A DNA stretch of 64,000 bases from Schmidtea polychroa (Eukaryota), in assembly GCA_044892525.1 (NCBI GenBank), contig CM097885.1, forward strand, positions 22,756,001 through 22,820,000, read 5' to 3'. Shown here in pieces: positions 29,809 through 43,614 of the stretch (within the stretch, counting starts at the first letter, position 1; the number at the start of each line of letters is the position of its first letter). Under the pieces are notes generated by a model. That model did not search any database. It saw nothing but the letters and a program-made list of their open reading frames with translations, and was not told the DNA's origin. The position numbers were made by a program, and so were the translations under genes.

Positions 29809-30377
29809 TGTAGAGAAAAATACAATAAAACATCATATTTAGAAAATAATTATAAATTTAATATTTCTTTAGATTTTCAGATATCTCTCTGAAAACGCTG
29901 CCTTTCTACGAAGGTAAAGATCTGGCAATGTAAGATTTATTTATTAAATTACAAATAATTGAAATATTTTATAGTATATTAGATATTTCTTGTCAAGCGC
30001 TGCCATTGTGTCAAGGTAAAATTTGAAATATTGAACTCGGTCCCTCGACATATTTAAATTTGCAGGAAAATATCGAAAATCGTAAATTTTAATAACTTAT
30101 TTAAAAAAAATAATATTTTCATAAAATTACAGAACATGACAAAATTCTACTAATTAATGCCTTTGAAAATGTTGAAAATTACGAAGAATTTGGAAGATTA
30201 CTTGGAATCACCAAAACTCGATTGGAACAATAATTTACAGATATATAAAAATATGGAGAAATTTGCAAAGAGATAAGAGGTATCAGAAAACAAGTTATTT
30301 CAAAAAAACAGGGAAACAATTTGTTGGATTTCGTAGAATCCTATTTTTAAGCATCTTTTGAAGAAATGAGAATTGTG

Positions 30378-30757
30378 GGCGACGCTCTGATATGGGTCAC
30401 CCGATTTTCAAAAAAATATTTAATTAAAATTAAATTAAAATGAAACTATTATAATACTAACAACATAACCAAATTACAACTATATTTATATACATACAAA
30501 CAAAATTAAATTGCCGTTTATTTAGGAGGATAGTATCTACTAATTAATCCCCAATAGATTGAAAGGATATTAGTATTTTCGTAATCCTGACGAGATAACT
30601 ATAATCGAAAATCCAGATAATTGATTTTTTGTTCGAGAGACATCCCTCTCCGTTTCCGCATGTCCACCTTAATATTTCCCCACCAACCTTCAGCCTTGTT
30701 TATATATTTTTTTATATATTTTTTTGAAAATCGGGTGACCCATATCAGAGCGTCGCC
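30378..30757. mobile_element. MITE with ~40-bp TIRs and 8-bp TSD (Merlin-like GG termini)
   Basis: ggcgacgctctgatatgggtcacccgattttcaaaaaaata and its perfect inverse; TSD gaattgtg. Confidence 0.9.
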
Positions 30758-31228
30758 GAATTGTGTTTGGCGATTACATTATTTATTGATAGTTGAAAAT
30801 GAGGATGGCATCTATTTTCAAAAATATTTTGTGTATTCTGTGTGATGCAAAATTTTATTTGACATATTACAAAACTTGTTTTTACATTTAAACTTTCCAG
30901 AGAGAATAATGAGGGAAACTTATTTATAATTAGTTAATTATTAAAATTACAGATGGAATATAAAAGTTTAGTAAATATGCTTAAATTTTGATTATTTTCT
31001 TTAAACAGGAAAAATTTGACCAACTCCGGCACTAAAAATAATTAATGACCCTCTATATGACCCTCTAGTTTTTTAAGCTGAATTGTTATCTTAAAATAGA
31101 AATATCATTTGTCCTGGAGTTGGTCAAAATTTTTGTTGGAAAAAATGATGTCTAAATATTGAAAACAAGCAAAAATACCCCATTAAATAATAAAGTTCCC
31201 ATTTTATTAATGAAAATTCAAATCTTAC

Positions 31229-31581
31229 GACATTATTTTGAATTTCTAAAGTCATACAAATTTCATCTTTCGACCAAACATGAATTTCAATATTTTGTTT
31301 GTTTGAATGAAATTTAAATAAATAATAAATTGGAGTATAAACTGTAATTGAAACAGATTCTTTTTGGTTGACTCTAGGATTTCCAAATGATTTTCTGATA
31401 ACAAAAGTAAGAAACTCACTTTACTAAAAAGTTTTCAATCCATTTCATATGAATTTTAACCGCCATTTCCTCTAAAGAATTTGATGAAACTTCAATAGAC
31501 GTGCTACAATTTGAACTGAAATTATGATTCATTACCTCGTTGAATGGATAAATTGTTCTTTCTGCTTTTACCGACTTCTCA
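31229..31581 (-). CDS. SID-1-like gene, ectodomain exons 3 (31581-31420) and 4 (31373-31229)
   Basis: EKSVKAERTIYP...IEVSS...IENFLVK and ITVYTPIYYLFKF...IHVWSKDEICMTLEIQN resemble SIDT QKVERTLC...VDVST...DDFVLR / QPQYFKYEF...VTS...CSVISIQD; phases consistent. Confidence 0.75.
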
Positions 31582-31994
31582 CTAGAAAATGTAAAATAAA
31601 TATTGGGAATTAATAGTTTCATATAAATTATCGATTTGTTTTAATGCATCGAAAATACATATACATTCAGCAACACAAGGTTCAGTTAAAATCCGCAAAA
31701 AACTCATCTTAATAAGAAGAGAATTTTTCGAGTAATAATTTAATTCGAGTAACAGCATGGAATGACCTACATAATAATGAGAATAATAAAGACAACGTTC
31801 CTGAAGTAAAATTCGTGACCTTTTAGATGGAATACATTATAAGAGAAAATATAAAAGACTTAATTACATTATGATAGTTAATTGAAAATAATTATGGCTT
31901 GAATTAACTAACAAAAGAGCCTTTACGAAATTCACCAGATTGGAAACAATAGATAAAGAATAATAGAATAAAAAGGATGGTATAATTTTGTATA

Positions 31995-32204
31995 CCGTAT
32001 TTTCCAGCAGATAACTCTTAACTCTTATATACCCCACGGTTTTTTAAGTTTTGTGTAAAAATTATTCAATATAATAAATTAACCAATAGGGGTAAGAAAG
32101 GTTTGATATAACCCACGTCCATATATACACCGTACCGCACCCCCATTCCCGACAGGGTATGAAATATTTGGTATAACCCGCGGGTTATATGCGGGAAAAT
32201 ACAG
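31995..32204. mobile_element. pogo/Tc1-type MITE
   Basis: ccgtattttcc ... ggaaaatacag termini with TA flanks. Confidence 0.65.
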
Positions 32205-33135
32205 TAATATACGTATGAAAACACCATAATTATAATGGGGTAATTAAAATAAATATTAAATTTGTTTATAATCAGTAATCGAATTTCTAAGAAGCTTAAA
32301 CAAAATTGAAATCAACTAGCAAAATAAATCAAATTTTATTAAACAATTTTTGTTCAAAAGAAATTATTCATGTCACCCACCATAAATATTTTAATTAATA
32401 AATAAGTTTGCATTTTTGTAATTAAATTTTCAGGAGTCTCAATATCAATTTAATGTTAATTTTTAAATTCTTATTCTCTAAATTGTTTTTTAAATATATT
32501 GAATTTTACATTTTTTTTAATTTTATTTATAATTTTGCACTCAAATTTTGATTTATTTTTGAATTTTTTGTTATATATATATTTTTTAATAATTGATTTG
32601 CCAGACAAGATTAATTATATAAAAATAATTGAATTATAAACTTTAATGATACTTATAAAATCAAAAGCCACAATAACCAGTTTCAGTAATCTCAATTCTC
32701 TTGTTCGGAAAGTGTTTCTTTAACCCAGATGTTGCCAAAACTATTTTATTCAAAAAAAAAACATAAAATTAGTAAAATCTTATTTAAAGTAGCTAAATAA
32801 AGTTATTTTACTTTGATTTTTTTTTATGATTTACGCTTTGGTCATGTGCTAATTGTGATGTGCTAAACACATTCTTATTATAGATATCTCTAAATAACTA
32901 GCGTATGCAAAAAAAAAATATATATAAGGAGCGTTCTTTTAAAAGGACGGTGGCAACATTTGGGTTAAGTTTACATTCCAATCTTTGTGATGTTTTGCAC
33001 TCACTTTTAATTTATTTATTATCAAAGTTTTCAAATGTGATTTATTTCCTTAAATTTCTTTGTTTATGAAGACATTACATTAATTAATAAAATAATAATA
33101 ATAATAATTATATAAAATTAATAATAATATTAATA

Positions 33136-33956
<821 letters not shown>

Positions 33957-34175
33957 GGATTTTAAGGATTATCTTCGATAGATTTTATTGAATAATGGTT
34001 CATTAAAAAGGTCTTGAAGAGCTCTATCCAATGGTTATATATTTGAAGATACCGCCGAAGGGGCTGGGCGGTAGTTTGAAAATTTGGTTTATTTTGAATA
34101 TTATTATTTGATACATAGTTTTATTATTTACAATATTCAAAGTATTAATAACAAAGGTAAAGAAATAAATGTTTA

Positions 34176-34733
34176 TTAAATGTATATAGTATGATACTCA
34201 TTAATATACATTGAACATGCTTTACATTTGCGAACATTTGAATCATGGCATTTAGAACATACAATTACATGTCCGCAAGGTAAAAACAAAACCGATACTT
34301 GATTTTCTTTACAAATGTAACAAGTTAAATACATTTTCCTACCATCATTGAGTTTTTTCCTTAGCTTATTTTCAATCAATTCGGATTTCGATATCCATTC
34401 ATAAATCAATCTACTACTATATCCTGGTTCCAGCCTTAAATCCATACAATTCCAAAAGCATTCATTCAATGAATCATTATCTACTATTGCTTTGTCTAAA
34501 TGCATCAAATAAATCGATAACTTCAAAATGCATTTATTGTAATTAAATAAATCAATCAAATATCCAATGGAGGAATGTTTGAAAATTTCTAAAATTTTTA
34601 TGGTTTCCTTTTCAGTGAAAGTATCATAATTGTTCATAAAATCTTCAACGGTGCAGTTTAAAAACTTGAATGATCTCGTGGTCATCAGTAATTTCTTAAT
34701 AAATTTATGAAAATACTTATATTCTGCACACAT
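34176..34733 (-). CDS. C-terminal IAP-type RING-HC protein (putative E3 ubiquitin ligase), Polinton cargo
   Basis: CYICKENQVSVLFLPCGHVIVCSKC...CKAC...IYI at the extreme C-terminus; no BIR motif visible. Confidence 0.85.
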   Translation of the reverse strand: MCAEYKYFHKFIKKLLMTTRSFKFLNCTVEDFMNNYDTFTEKETIKILEIFKHSSIGYLIDLFNYNKCILKLSIYLMHLDKAIVDNDSLNECFWNCMDLRLEPGYSSRLIYEWISKSELIENKLRKKLNDGRKMYLTCYICKENQVSVLFLPCGHVIVCSKCHDSNVRKCKACSMYINEYHTIYI

Positions 34734-35095
34734 TTATAAGAGATACATTAAAACAACTCATTTATTAAACAAGAAAATAATTTAAAATCAATAATGGTAA
34801 TTTTAAGGATTATCTTCGATAGATTTTATTGAATAATGGTTCATTAAAAAGGTCTTGAAGAGCTCTATCCAATGGTTATATATTTGAAGATATAATGTTT
34901 GTGCACAATATAGTAAGTATTATTATTTTTATTATTATTTTTATTAACAAACTACATTCTAATAAAATACTTTTACACATCAAATTATTAAAAAAAAAAT
35001 CAAAGAAATAAAACCGATAATTATAAAACGAAAAAGAGACTTTACAATAATTTCTATTTTACAAAAATTCAAACAAGTCCGATCACAGAATTAAA

Positions 35096-38000
35096 TTAAT
35101 CTTGTAGATGTTGATTGATGAGATCGGGATCTGCTCCTGATTGAATATCATTATCGTCATTATCAATGACATCAACCCCTAAATAATGACCATATGCAAA
35201 ACTAGAGTTTTTCTCTACCCAAGCTCTTTTATCATCATGATTAGTTAAAGCAATCTTTGAGTTTTTAAAGGTAAAAAGCTGATGATTTCGGGTTCCTATT
35301 CTAGTCTGAGGTACAGAAATAACTGTGTTGTTGTTGTAACAGTCTAAATAGGATTGATGTTTTATATCTGTACCTGGTAATTTTACGCCCTTAGCTCTCA
35401 TAGTAGATTTATTTCCTAAAAGACTGTAGCACTTTGGTCGCAAGAAAACCCACTCACTATATCCTACACCCTTACTCTCATCCTTAAACTTTCCTATAAC
35501 TGAGTCGAGTCTCCTAGAATATAAAGGATGAGAGGAATCATAATTTGAGGTGTCTAACAAGTCATCCGAAATCATCGCTGGCAAAAGAACGTCAAGCTTT
35601 ACATTTTTGACCTCTAAGAAGAAACTATCGGTATCACCCGCAACTATATTTATATCACAGTTAAACTGACTCCTATATTTTGCTAATTCTATGTACTGTA
35701 ATTGATACATCCTTAGTTTGGATAAATCCAGCACTGATTGTCCGATGTAGCTGGGTCTATCCAAACATATAGACTCCTTATTGAGATGTACACCAAAAAG
35801 ATCATCATCAATTTTGATGGTTTTTCTAAATGATGGTTTTGATGAATATGTAATTAATTTTTCCGCGGAATTACATAGTCGTAAATTTAATCTCTTCTTA
35901 AGGTTTTCAACGGATTTACCGTACAAGCTATTATTATACAATTTGAATAAATCTCTGTACAGTTCACTGCTTGCTTCAGCTCTTAGCTGTGTATTTTTAT
36001 TTATATAATTTTTAAAAATCGGTGCTTGCTTGAATTTTATAGCCCTATGGATGTGTACAACTTTGGCACCAAGAGACAAATAAAGCTTGAGAAGCCTCCA
36101 ATGAAGAACATGGTTCTTCTTTGGCCAATGCGTGAGCATCAACTTCTCAACTTTCGAACCAGGCGGGCACATTTTCTCAGGAGCAAGAGGAAAGTCATTT
36201 AAAAAATCATGAAAAATTTCTGGAATATCTATATCCACTTCTATGGTATAACCATAGGGAAGGATTTCAATGTCAGCATTCATGCACTCAAGCAATACAT
36301 CATTCAATTCATCATACACCCAAGTGAAATCAGCAAAAGGAAGATTTTGGCTAAGAGCCCAACCATACAGATTATTTATATCAATATATAATAATTCTGT
36401 ATTATCAGAAGCAGCAACGTAATGTTTGTTAACAAATGTTAACCCACCACGTATTCCTCCTTCGTAAAAATTGAACATTTCTATGTCCTGTAAAAGTTCT
36501 ATAGGCTCAGTTAATGTCATAAGCGCTGAGGCCCATGACATACCCGGAATACCATAAAAGTTTAGAGGTTCTAGACCATTGTATGCAATGGCCTTGGCAC
36601 GGAATTGTTGGAAATAGTCCGCAAGGAGGAATACATCCAATTTTTGATAAGTTAACATATAGTCAGCCAATTTAGTACAACGTTGTTGAGTCCAAATAAG
36701 TTGAGCCTTAGCATACTCATCTTCAGTAACACCAGACCAAATAGGAGGCAATTCATAAGTGGTTTCAAGTACATCCAAATCAGTCGCATAATCATAAGGA
36801 AATATGGCTTTAGCATCTATTATTAGCCTATCAAAAACCGACGAAGTCAAAGGAAGATCAGTTAGAGTTTTTACAGCCTTAGCCAAAGAACAATTAACAA
36901 ATTGTATGCTGTCGATAAAACGAACAGCTAATTTTTTAATGTGAACAATCATCGAGATAAATTTCTCTGTGCTTGTGGGTATTATATTCAAATTCCAAGA
37001 AGGAAAGCCATTGAGACCATATTTTAAAATATGGTGTAAGTCGTAGCCTCGTAAATTATGAAATACAATCGGCAGCTGTTTATAAATTCTGCGAGCCATA
37101 TTACATTTCCTACAGGCTGCACCGAGATAATTACCAGTAAAATGGTCATGATCTCGAACAGCAAGGGATAAAACCTTCTTGCAAAGATAGCAGTTCCTAC
37201 AAGATTTGAATTGTCGTTCCTCAGCAAAAGTCATAGGTCCTAACCGTTTTTTCCCTTCAAGCTCATAATAAGGTAGGACAATTGTGACAGCAATTTGCTC
37301 TACTTTTTTAAGAAATTGAGGTATACAATCAAGACCATAAAACTCGTAATACGATTTTCTATTGTTAAGATTATTTATTAATAAAAGACCTGCTGAAATA
37401 GGTAAATGTATTTGATGATGTTTAACATCTTTAGGTAAAACCGATTCAAAATCGGCATAAAAAACAAAGGGTGGGGTGATTCTCTTTGAATGATTTTGAA
37501 ACACTAAATATTTATTTTCGGGTAAAGTGTAAAGGGTTGTACCCGTTTGATTTTTACTGCATAGGGCCACATGTTTAGTGAAAGCATTGTCCATTCGAAA
37601 ACCGTTAAGACAATGTGGGCACCATTTGCATCTTATTTGAATACTACAGTCATTATTACGATGGCAGTTCATTAAACGTGTAATGTTGGTCACTGCGGTG
37701 TAATGATAATTATCCTTATTTTCCAAGAGTAATAAATAAATTGGAGTACCGCCAGTAACCGTTGATCTGTGAATTATACTTAAGTGGGGGTGTTTAAAAA
37801 CATAGTCATTAGGAACCTGATCATCATCAACTATCACAGTAGGGGTATAAGCCAGAACATTTATGGCGAGATTTAAGTCTAAATTTTTCTTTTCGAATTT
37901 AGGTATATTACACAATTTCATCGGACAATCCGTGACTTCATTGTAATTAAGAATATTTAAAAGATTTTCATATTTTGAAACTCTTTCAGGGTGGCTACCT

Positions 38001-39055
38001 ATTTCATCTTTTTTCAAGAGCGCGAGAATACTATATAGAAAACACTTATGATCCTTATTTTTAACATTTATAATTGCTCCTTTAGATTTCAAATCTGCAG
38101 GTGTACGAATGTAACTATGACCAGATAGGCGACAAATAGGAGCAAATTTAGTCAGAATGAAATCAATCTCTAAGATATTAATTACTCTCCAGCCACTACC
38201 TAAATAGGTAAACTTTTCAATTTTTTCGTTTAACTTATTAACCCCCTCAATTAAAAAGTTATCCGAAAAGATCTCGGCTTTATTTGAAAAGTAGTTGTCA
38301 CGGATTTCCCCATCTTTTTCAAATCTTATAAGAATAGCGAATTGAATTTTGACGCTACCCATGTTATTTATTTCAGATGTTAACTTTTCAGTGATCCTAT
38401 CCGTTATTATAATTTTAATTAATTGTGAATCGGCAATATCAAATCGAATAGTTCGAATGGCGCCATTTAAATTTGATTCTATTATCGGCTCAATCGCTAA
38501 AGATGATCCACCTATTTGATTTATAGTATTTATAGTATTATCATTATTTATATTTTCATTTATAGTATTTATAGTATTAATATTATCATTTATAATATCA
38601 TGATTTATAGTATATATAATATTATTACATTCGTCATCACTGAGTAGAATGACTTCATTTTTAATAATTTCGTCGTCACTGATCTCAATGACTTCAGTTT
38701 TTATAATTTTATTTTTAATTTTAGACACCCTATGTTCAGCAGGTCTTTTGTTAGATTTCTTTTTTGTGTTATTATTTAAAATATTTACAATTTCAATGTT
38801 ATTCTTATTTATTATTTTAAACAGTTCTTGTTTATTTGTTTTGAAAGAATTTAAGTGCTGAGAATGTTGACTATAAAATTCCTTATACCTTACACTCTGG
38901 GAAGTTTTGCATATGGGGCAAATAAAAAAGTTGATGCCATTAAAAGGTTGGCGATAATATTTCTTCATATTTTTGTGGCATATCAAACTATGTCCGATTG
39001 ACGATACACAGTATCGTGGGTAAAATGGACCTGATAAATTATAAATATATATCAA
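35096..39055 (-). CDS. polB: Protein-primed family B DNA polymerase (pPolB); 5' end uncertain and possibly spliced
   Basis: Exonuclease YADFES and FHNLRGYD; embedded endonuclease-VII-like CYLC..RDHDHFTG.Y.GAAC..CN; YIDINNLYG, KLYNNSLYGK, GDTDS, LRPKCY and KG motifs. Confidence 0.97.
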   Translation of the reverse strand: MIYIYNLSGPFYPRYCVSSIGHSLICHKNMKKYYRQPFNGINFFICPICKTSQSVRYKEFYSQHSQHLNSFKTNKQELFKIINKNNIEIVNILNNNTKKKSNKRPAEHRVSKIKNKIIKTEVIEISDDEIIKNEVILLSDDECNNIIYTINHDIINDNINTINTINENINNDNTINTINQIGGSSLAIEPIIESNLNGAIRTIRFDIADSQLIKIIITDRITEKLTSEINNMGSVKIQFAILIRFEKDGEIRDNYFSNKAEIFSDNFLIEGVNKLNEKIEKFTYLGSGWRVINILEIDFILTKFAPICRLSGHSYIRTPADLKSKGAIINVKNKDHKCFLYSILALLKKDEIGSHPERVSKYENLLNILNYNEVTDCPMKLCNIPKFEKKNLDLNLAINVLAYTPTVIVDDDQVPNDYVFKHPHLSIIHRSTVTGGTPIYLLLLENKDNYHYTAVTNITRLMNCHRNNDCSIQIRCKWCPHCLNGFRMDNAFTKHVALCSKNQTGTTLYTLPENKYLVFQNHSKRITPPFVFYADFESVLPKDVKHHQIHLPISAGLLLINNLNNRKSYYEFYGLDCIPQFLKKVEQIAVTIVLPYYELEGKKRLGPMTFAEERQFKSCRNCYLCKKVLSLAVRDHDHFTGNYLGAACRKCNMARRIYKQLPIVFHNLRGYDLHHILKYGLNGFPSWNLNIIPTSTEKFISMIVHIKKLAVRFIDSIQFVNCSLAKAVKTLTDLPLTSSVFDRLIIDAKAIFPYDYATDLDVLETTYELPPIWSGVTEDEYAKAQLIWTQQRCTKLADYMLTYQKLDVFLLADYFQQFRAKAIAYNGLEPLNFYGIPGMSWASALMTLTEPIELLQDIEMFNFYEGGIRGGLTFVNKHYVAASDNTELLYIDINNLYGWALSQNLPFADFTWVYDELNDVLLECMNADIEILPYGYTIEVDIDIPEIFHDFLNDFPLAPEKMCPPGSKVEKLMLTHWPKKNHVLHWRLLKLYLSLGAKVVHIHRAIKFKQAPIFKNYINKNTQLRAEASSELYRDLFKLYNNSLYGKSVENLKKRLNLRLCNSAEKLITYSSKPSFRKTIKIDDDLFGVHLNKESICLDRPSYIGQSVLDLSKLRMYQLQYIELAKYRSQFNCDINIVAGDTDSFFLEVKNVKLDVLLPAMISDDLLDTSNYDSSHPLYSRRLDSVIGKFKDESKGVGYSEWVFLRPKCYSLLGNKSTMRAKGVKLPGTDIKHQSYLDCYNNNTVISVPQTRIGTRNHQLFTFKNSKIALTNHDDKRAWVEKNSSFAYGHYLGVDVIDNDDNDIQSGADPDLINQHLQD

Positions 39056-39184
39056 ATATATTTATAAATTATTGAAAAAATATTAATCATAAAAAGTATA
39101 TTCATAATGTAATTTTATTGTAGAGTTATTGCAATGTTTTTATTCAATATTATTATCATGTATTTATTGATATTTATATGGGGC

Positions 39185-40630
<1,446 letters not shown>

Positions 40631-40845
40631 ATGATCAGAAGACAATAGTTGCATGCTGACTGCAAACTATATGACGATAGAAAAAAAAAATAGCATAAGT
40701 ATGTATATACTGTATATTTTATATACATACTTATATACATCATATACTGACATTATAGTATTAATATTTATTTATATACATTTAAAGCTTATAAAATAGA
40801 TTTAAAATAAACTTTATAAAAAATATACTTAAAAATAAATTAATA

Positions 40846-41256
40846 CTAACAAGTCTCCTCCAAATCTGTTTCCTCCCCAATAGAAACGGGGGCATTAATT
40901 TCTCTTTCCTCCTCAATAGAAACGGTGGCATCATTTTCTGTATCAATAATAATTTATTAAATAATTTAATAAATAAATAAATAAATTTACCTAAAACATC
41001 GTCCTCAATAATAATAATTGAAGCATCGTCATCATCTTCAATTGTTATTGGTTCTAAGACAATAATAATATTAATAACTCAAATTTAAAAAATTCACCGA
41101 AAATATGTTCCAAATCCAACAGTTCTTCATTTTCAGACACATCATACCAATCTAAATTATCTGAAAATAAATAATTAGAAATATTAATAATAATAATAAT
41201 AAATTACCATTGCTGTTCGTTAAGAGAGCACGTAAAATATTACTGGAATTGTTCAT
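40846..41256 (-). CDS. Four-exon acidic protein with SUMO-interacting-motif-like repeats (exons 41256-41208, 41160-41098, 41053-40991, 40937-40851/40846)
   Basis: Three GT-AG introns of 47, 44 and 53 nt, all phase 1, give an open frame MNNSSNILRALLTNSNDNLDWYDVSENEELLDLEHIFEPITIEDDDDASIIIIEDDVLENDATVSIEEE...; intron position conserved in the copy at 22888-22930. Confidence 0.75.
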
Positions 41257-41520
41257 CGAATTTTTGGATTTTGATTTTTCAGAGACAACTTTACGAACTT
41301 ATATAAATAATAAGTTTATATAAACCTGTAAAATTGACATTTTAAACAAATATTTATTCTAATTACTTGCGAATCCGGTCAGTCTTAGAATAAAGTACAA
41401 TTAAATTTATTATTATTATTACCATTACAATTACTATTAATCATGTACGGATCATGCACCGTGCATGACTGAATTTTTTAATATTCTAATAATATAAAAC
41501 ATATTTAAAAATAATAAAAC

Positions 41521-41551
<31 letters not shown>

Positions 41552-41621
41552 TAATAATAATAATAATAAAACATAATAATAATTATAAAATAATAAAAAC
41601 ACATTTTTATAAAAACATTTA

Positions 41622-42025
41622 TTATTTAATAGACATAAGCCATCCTAAACAATGTTGTCCGCACGTACGAGTTAAAGGGTGTTGATACATTGTTTTATTA
41701 TATACAATAGGTTTGCCCATCGTTTGTAGTTTCGAAACCAATAAAGCAGGATAATAGAAACCCATAGGATCGAATACATGTATCTTATCTGGTTTCATAT
41801 AGATTGCAATCCAATGCTCTCCGCCGAGATGAGATGAATGGGTATTGACGATTATGGCTTGATTATTTTTCAAAAATGGTATTTTATCGAGAGGAAAAAC
41901 TCCTAAAAATTCATTTCCTAATATTTGTTTTCCAATTCGATTAACCTGAACAGAACTATTTTAATAAATTAAACAGTATAAAAAACAACTTACTCCATGA
42001 CAACTTTCTGTATTTCTGTATACAT
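41622..42025 (-). CDS. Adenain-like cysteine maturation protease, spliced (intron 41993-41956)
   Basis: NT....GEHWIA, FDPMG and YQ.....TCGQHC catalytic motifs; removing a 38-nt gtaagt...tag intron joins ATG-GA to SVQVNRIG...FLGVFPLDKIP in frame. Confidence 0.9.
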
Positions 42026-43249
42026 TTATACCAGAACGGTTCTATTTGCAGTAATTTGAACTTCATTTTCAAATACTCCATATATTATAACATGCACAGG
42101 TTCTGTAATAGCTTTTGCAAACTTTATATCTAATCGTAAATTTCCATTTTGAGGTAATTGACTCTGATTCAAATCAAAATCTGGGGCCAAAACAAATGTA
42201 AAGAATGGATATTTGGATTTGAATTCTTCAAGAGTTATGCCGCAATTCAAATTTTTATCTAAATATCCCATATTTCTAACAATACTCTGCATATATGTAG
42301 CACAGTAATTGTCACTATCGAAATCTTGAGTATATGTTTCTCGATAATCAGTATTTTTCGACAAAGTTAGAGATGTAACACCAAAGGTTTTGAAAATTGA
42401 GCTGGAGGCACTATATGAACCATTATATTGTGCTTCACCTTGAAATGTTACCAGAATAAAGTTTGGCATTCTTCTATCTCCAAATATTTGTTCCTTATAG
42501 AAGGAAGAAGCACCTTTGGCTATTGCAAATGAAACAATTTCTTTTGTTTTCAGAGGATAGATTGCATGCTTAGAATTAAGACCCAACTGATGACCTGCTA
42601 ATACCGACGGATCAACTCGAACTCTTCTTACTAGTAATTTTGCATCAACTAATTGACATATTGGTTGACCAGCACCACTAGTTAATGATAAAGAAGAATC
42701 GGTTCTTTTCAGTCTAATGTGTACATTGACTCCTGGAAGTAAATATTTTGGTTGATCCATAAAATCGAGTTGTAATGATGAACACATGGTGAAAATCTTT
42801 GAGCCTTTAATCCATTTTTTCCGTTCGTCATCACTTGCTGCAAAACCCATAGGAGTAAGACATGTATTTTTGGTGTCGGTATTATAATTTAAAATAGTTT
42901 CTATTATCGCCTTGTGGATATATGTATTGTTGCCACCTTCAATCTTGATATTATTAAATCCAAGAATAGCATCTTTAAAAAGTGTATGAAACAAAAAAAT
43001 ATTAGGTATTGTAGCATCAGCATCACCCAAAGCCTTTTTATCTTTATCTATAACCTTGATTTGAACAGTCAATAAAGTATCATTCAAATCTAAATATTCT
43101 GTTTGAGAACCATTGATGTAAAATTCTACATCATTTCTACTATCGGTAATTGAATTCATAGGAAAAACTTCCTCAAATGCCCCAAATTCTATTACAGCCT
43201 GGGGCGATGGTCTATCAAATATGCATAATTCAGATTTACCACAAATCAT
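42026..43249 (-). CDS. Major capsid protein (double jelly-roll, Polinton PY)
   Basis: 407 aa; KSEL.IF..P..Q N-terminus, YLDLNDT.L, LF....L..N, QPKYLLPGV...I.L, GNLRLDIKF. Confidence 0.92.
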   Translation of the reverse strand: MICGKSELCIFDRPSPQAVIEFGAFEEVFPMNSITDSRNDVEFYINGSQTEYLDLNDTLLTVQIKVIDKDKKALGDADATIPNIFLFHTLFKDAILGFNNIKIEGGNNTYIHKAIIETILNYNTDTKNTCLTPMGFAASDDERKKWIKGSKIFTMCSSLQLDFMDQPKYLLPGVNVHIRLKRTDSSLSLTSGAGQPICQLVDAKLLVRRVRVDPSVLAGHQLGLNSKHAIYPLKTKEIVSFAIAKGASSFYKEQIFGDRRMPNFILVTFQGEAQYNGSYSASSSIFKTFGVTSLTLSKNTDYRETYTQDFDSDNYCATYMQSIVRNMGYLDKNLNCGITLEEFKSKYPFFTFVLAPDFDLNQSQLPQNGNLRLDIKFAKAITEPVHVIIYGVFENEVQITANRTVLV

Positions 43250-43614
43250 TTTGCAAATATAGTTCCATGTCCTTTCATTCGTTTGTTTATACGTGATATT
43301 CCATGTCTTTTACGTTTTGGAGCTGGAGCTGGAGCTGGAGGTTTTTCTTTTTGAAACATACCTGCAACCCCGGGTAAAACTTTCCCTAATTCAGCTAAAG
43401 CATTTGATTTTAGAGATGGTAATATTTTCTGTTCATTCATAATAACATCTTTTGCAGTTTTCATACCAAAACTACCAATACGTTTAAGAATAGGCAATGC
43501 AAATCTACCAATTGTTCTCAACCATCCCGATCCGTACTGTTTACCAATAAAATATGGTAATTCACCGCCAGATTGGCTATCACTATACATACTAATAATA
43601 TCAGAATTAGCCAT
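43246..43614 (-). CDS. Small virion core/membrane-active-like protein with Q-x-G-x-G motifs and a basic tail
   Basis: QSGG...QYGSGWLRTIGRFALPILKRIG amphipathic segment; typical position between penton and MCP; ATGA overlap with MCP start. Confidence 0.7.
   Translation of the reverse strand: MANSDIISMYSDSQSGGELPYFIGKQYGSGWLRTIGRFALPILKRIGSFGMKTAKDVIMNEQKILPSLKSNALAELGKVLPGVAGMFQKEKPPAPAPAPKRKRHGISRINKRMKGHGTIFAK

Noticed and set aside
30130..30360. Possible Tc1/IS630 transposase N-terminus
   Set aside because: Only a weak HTH-like impression; too degraded to call
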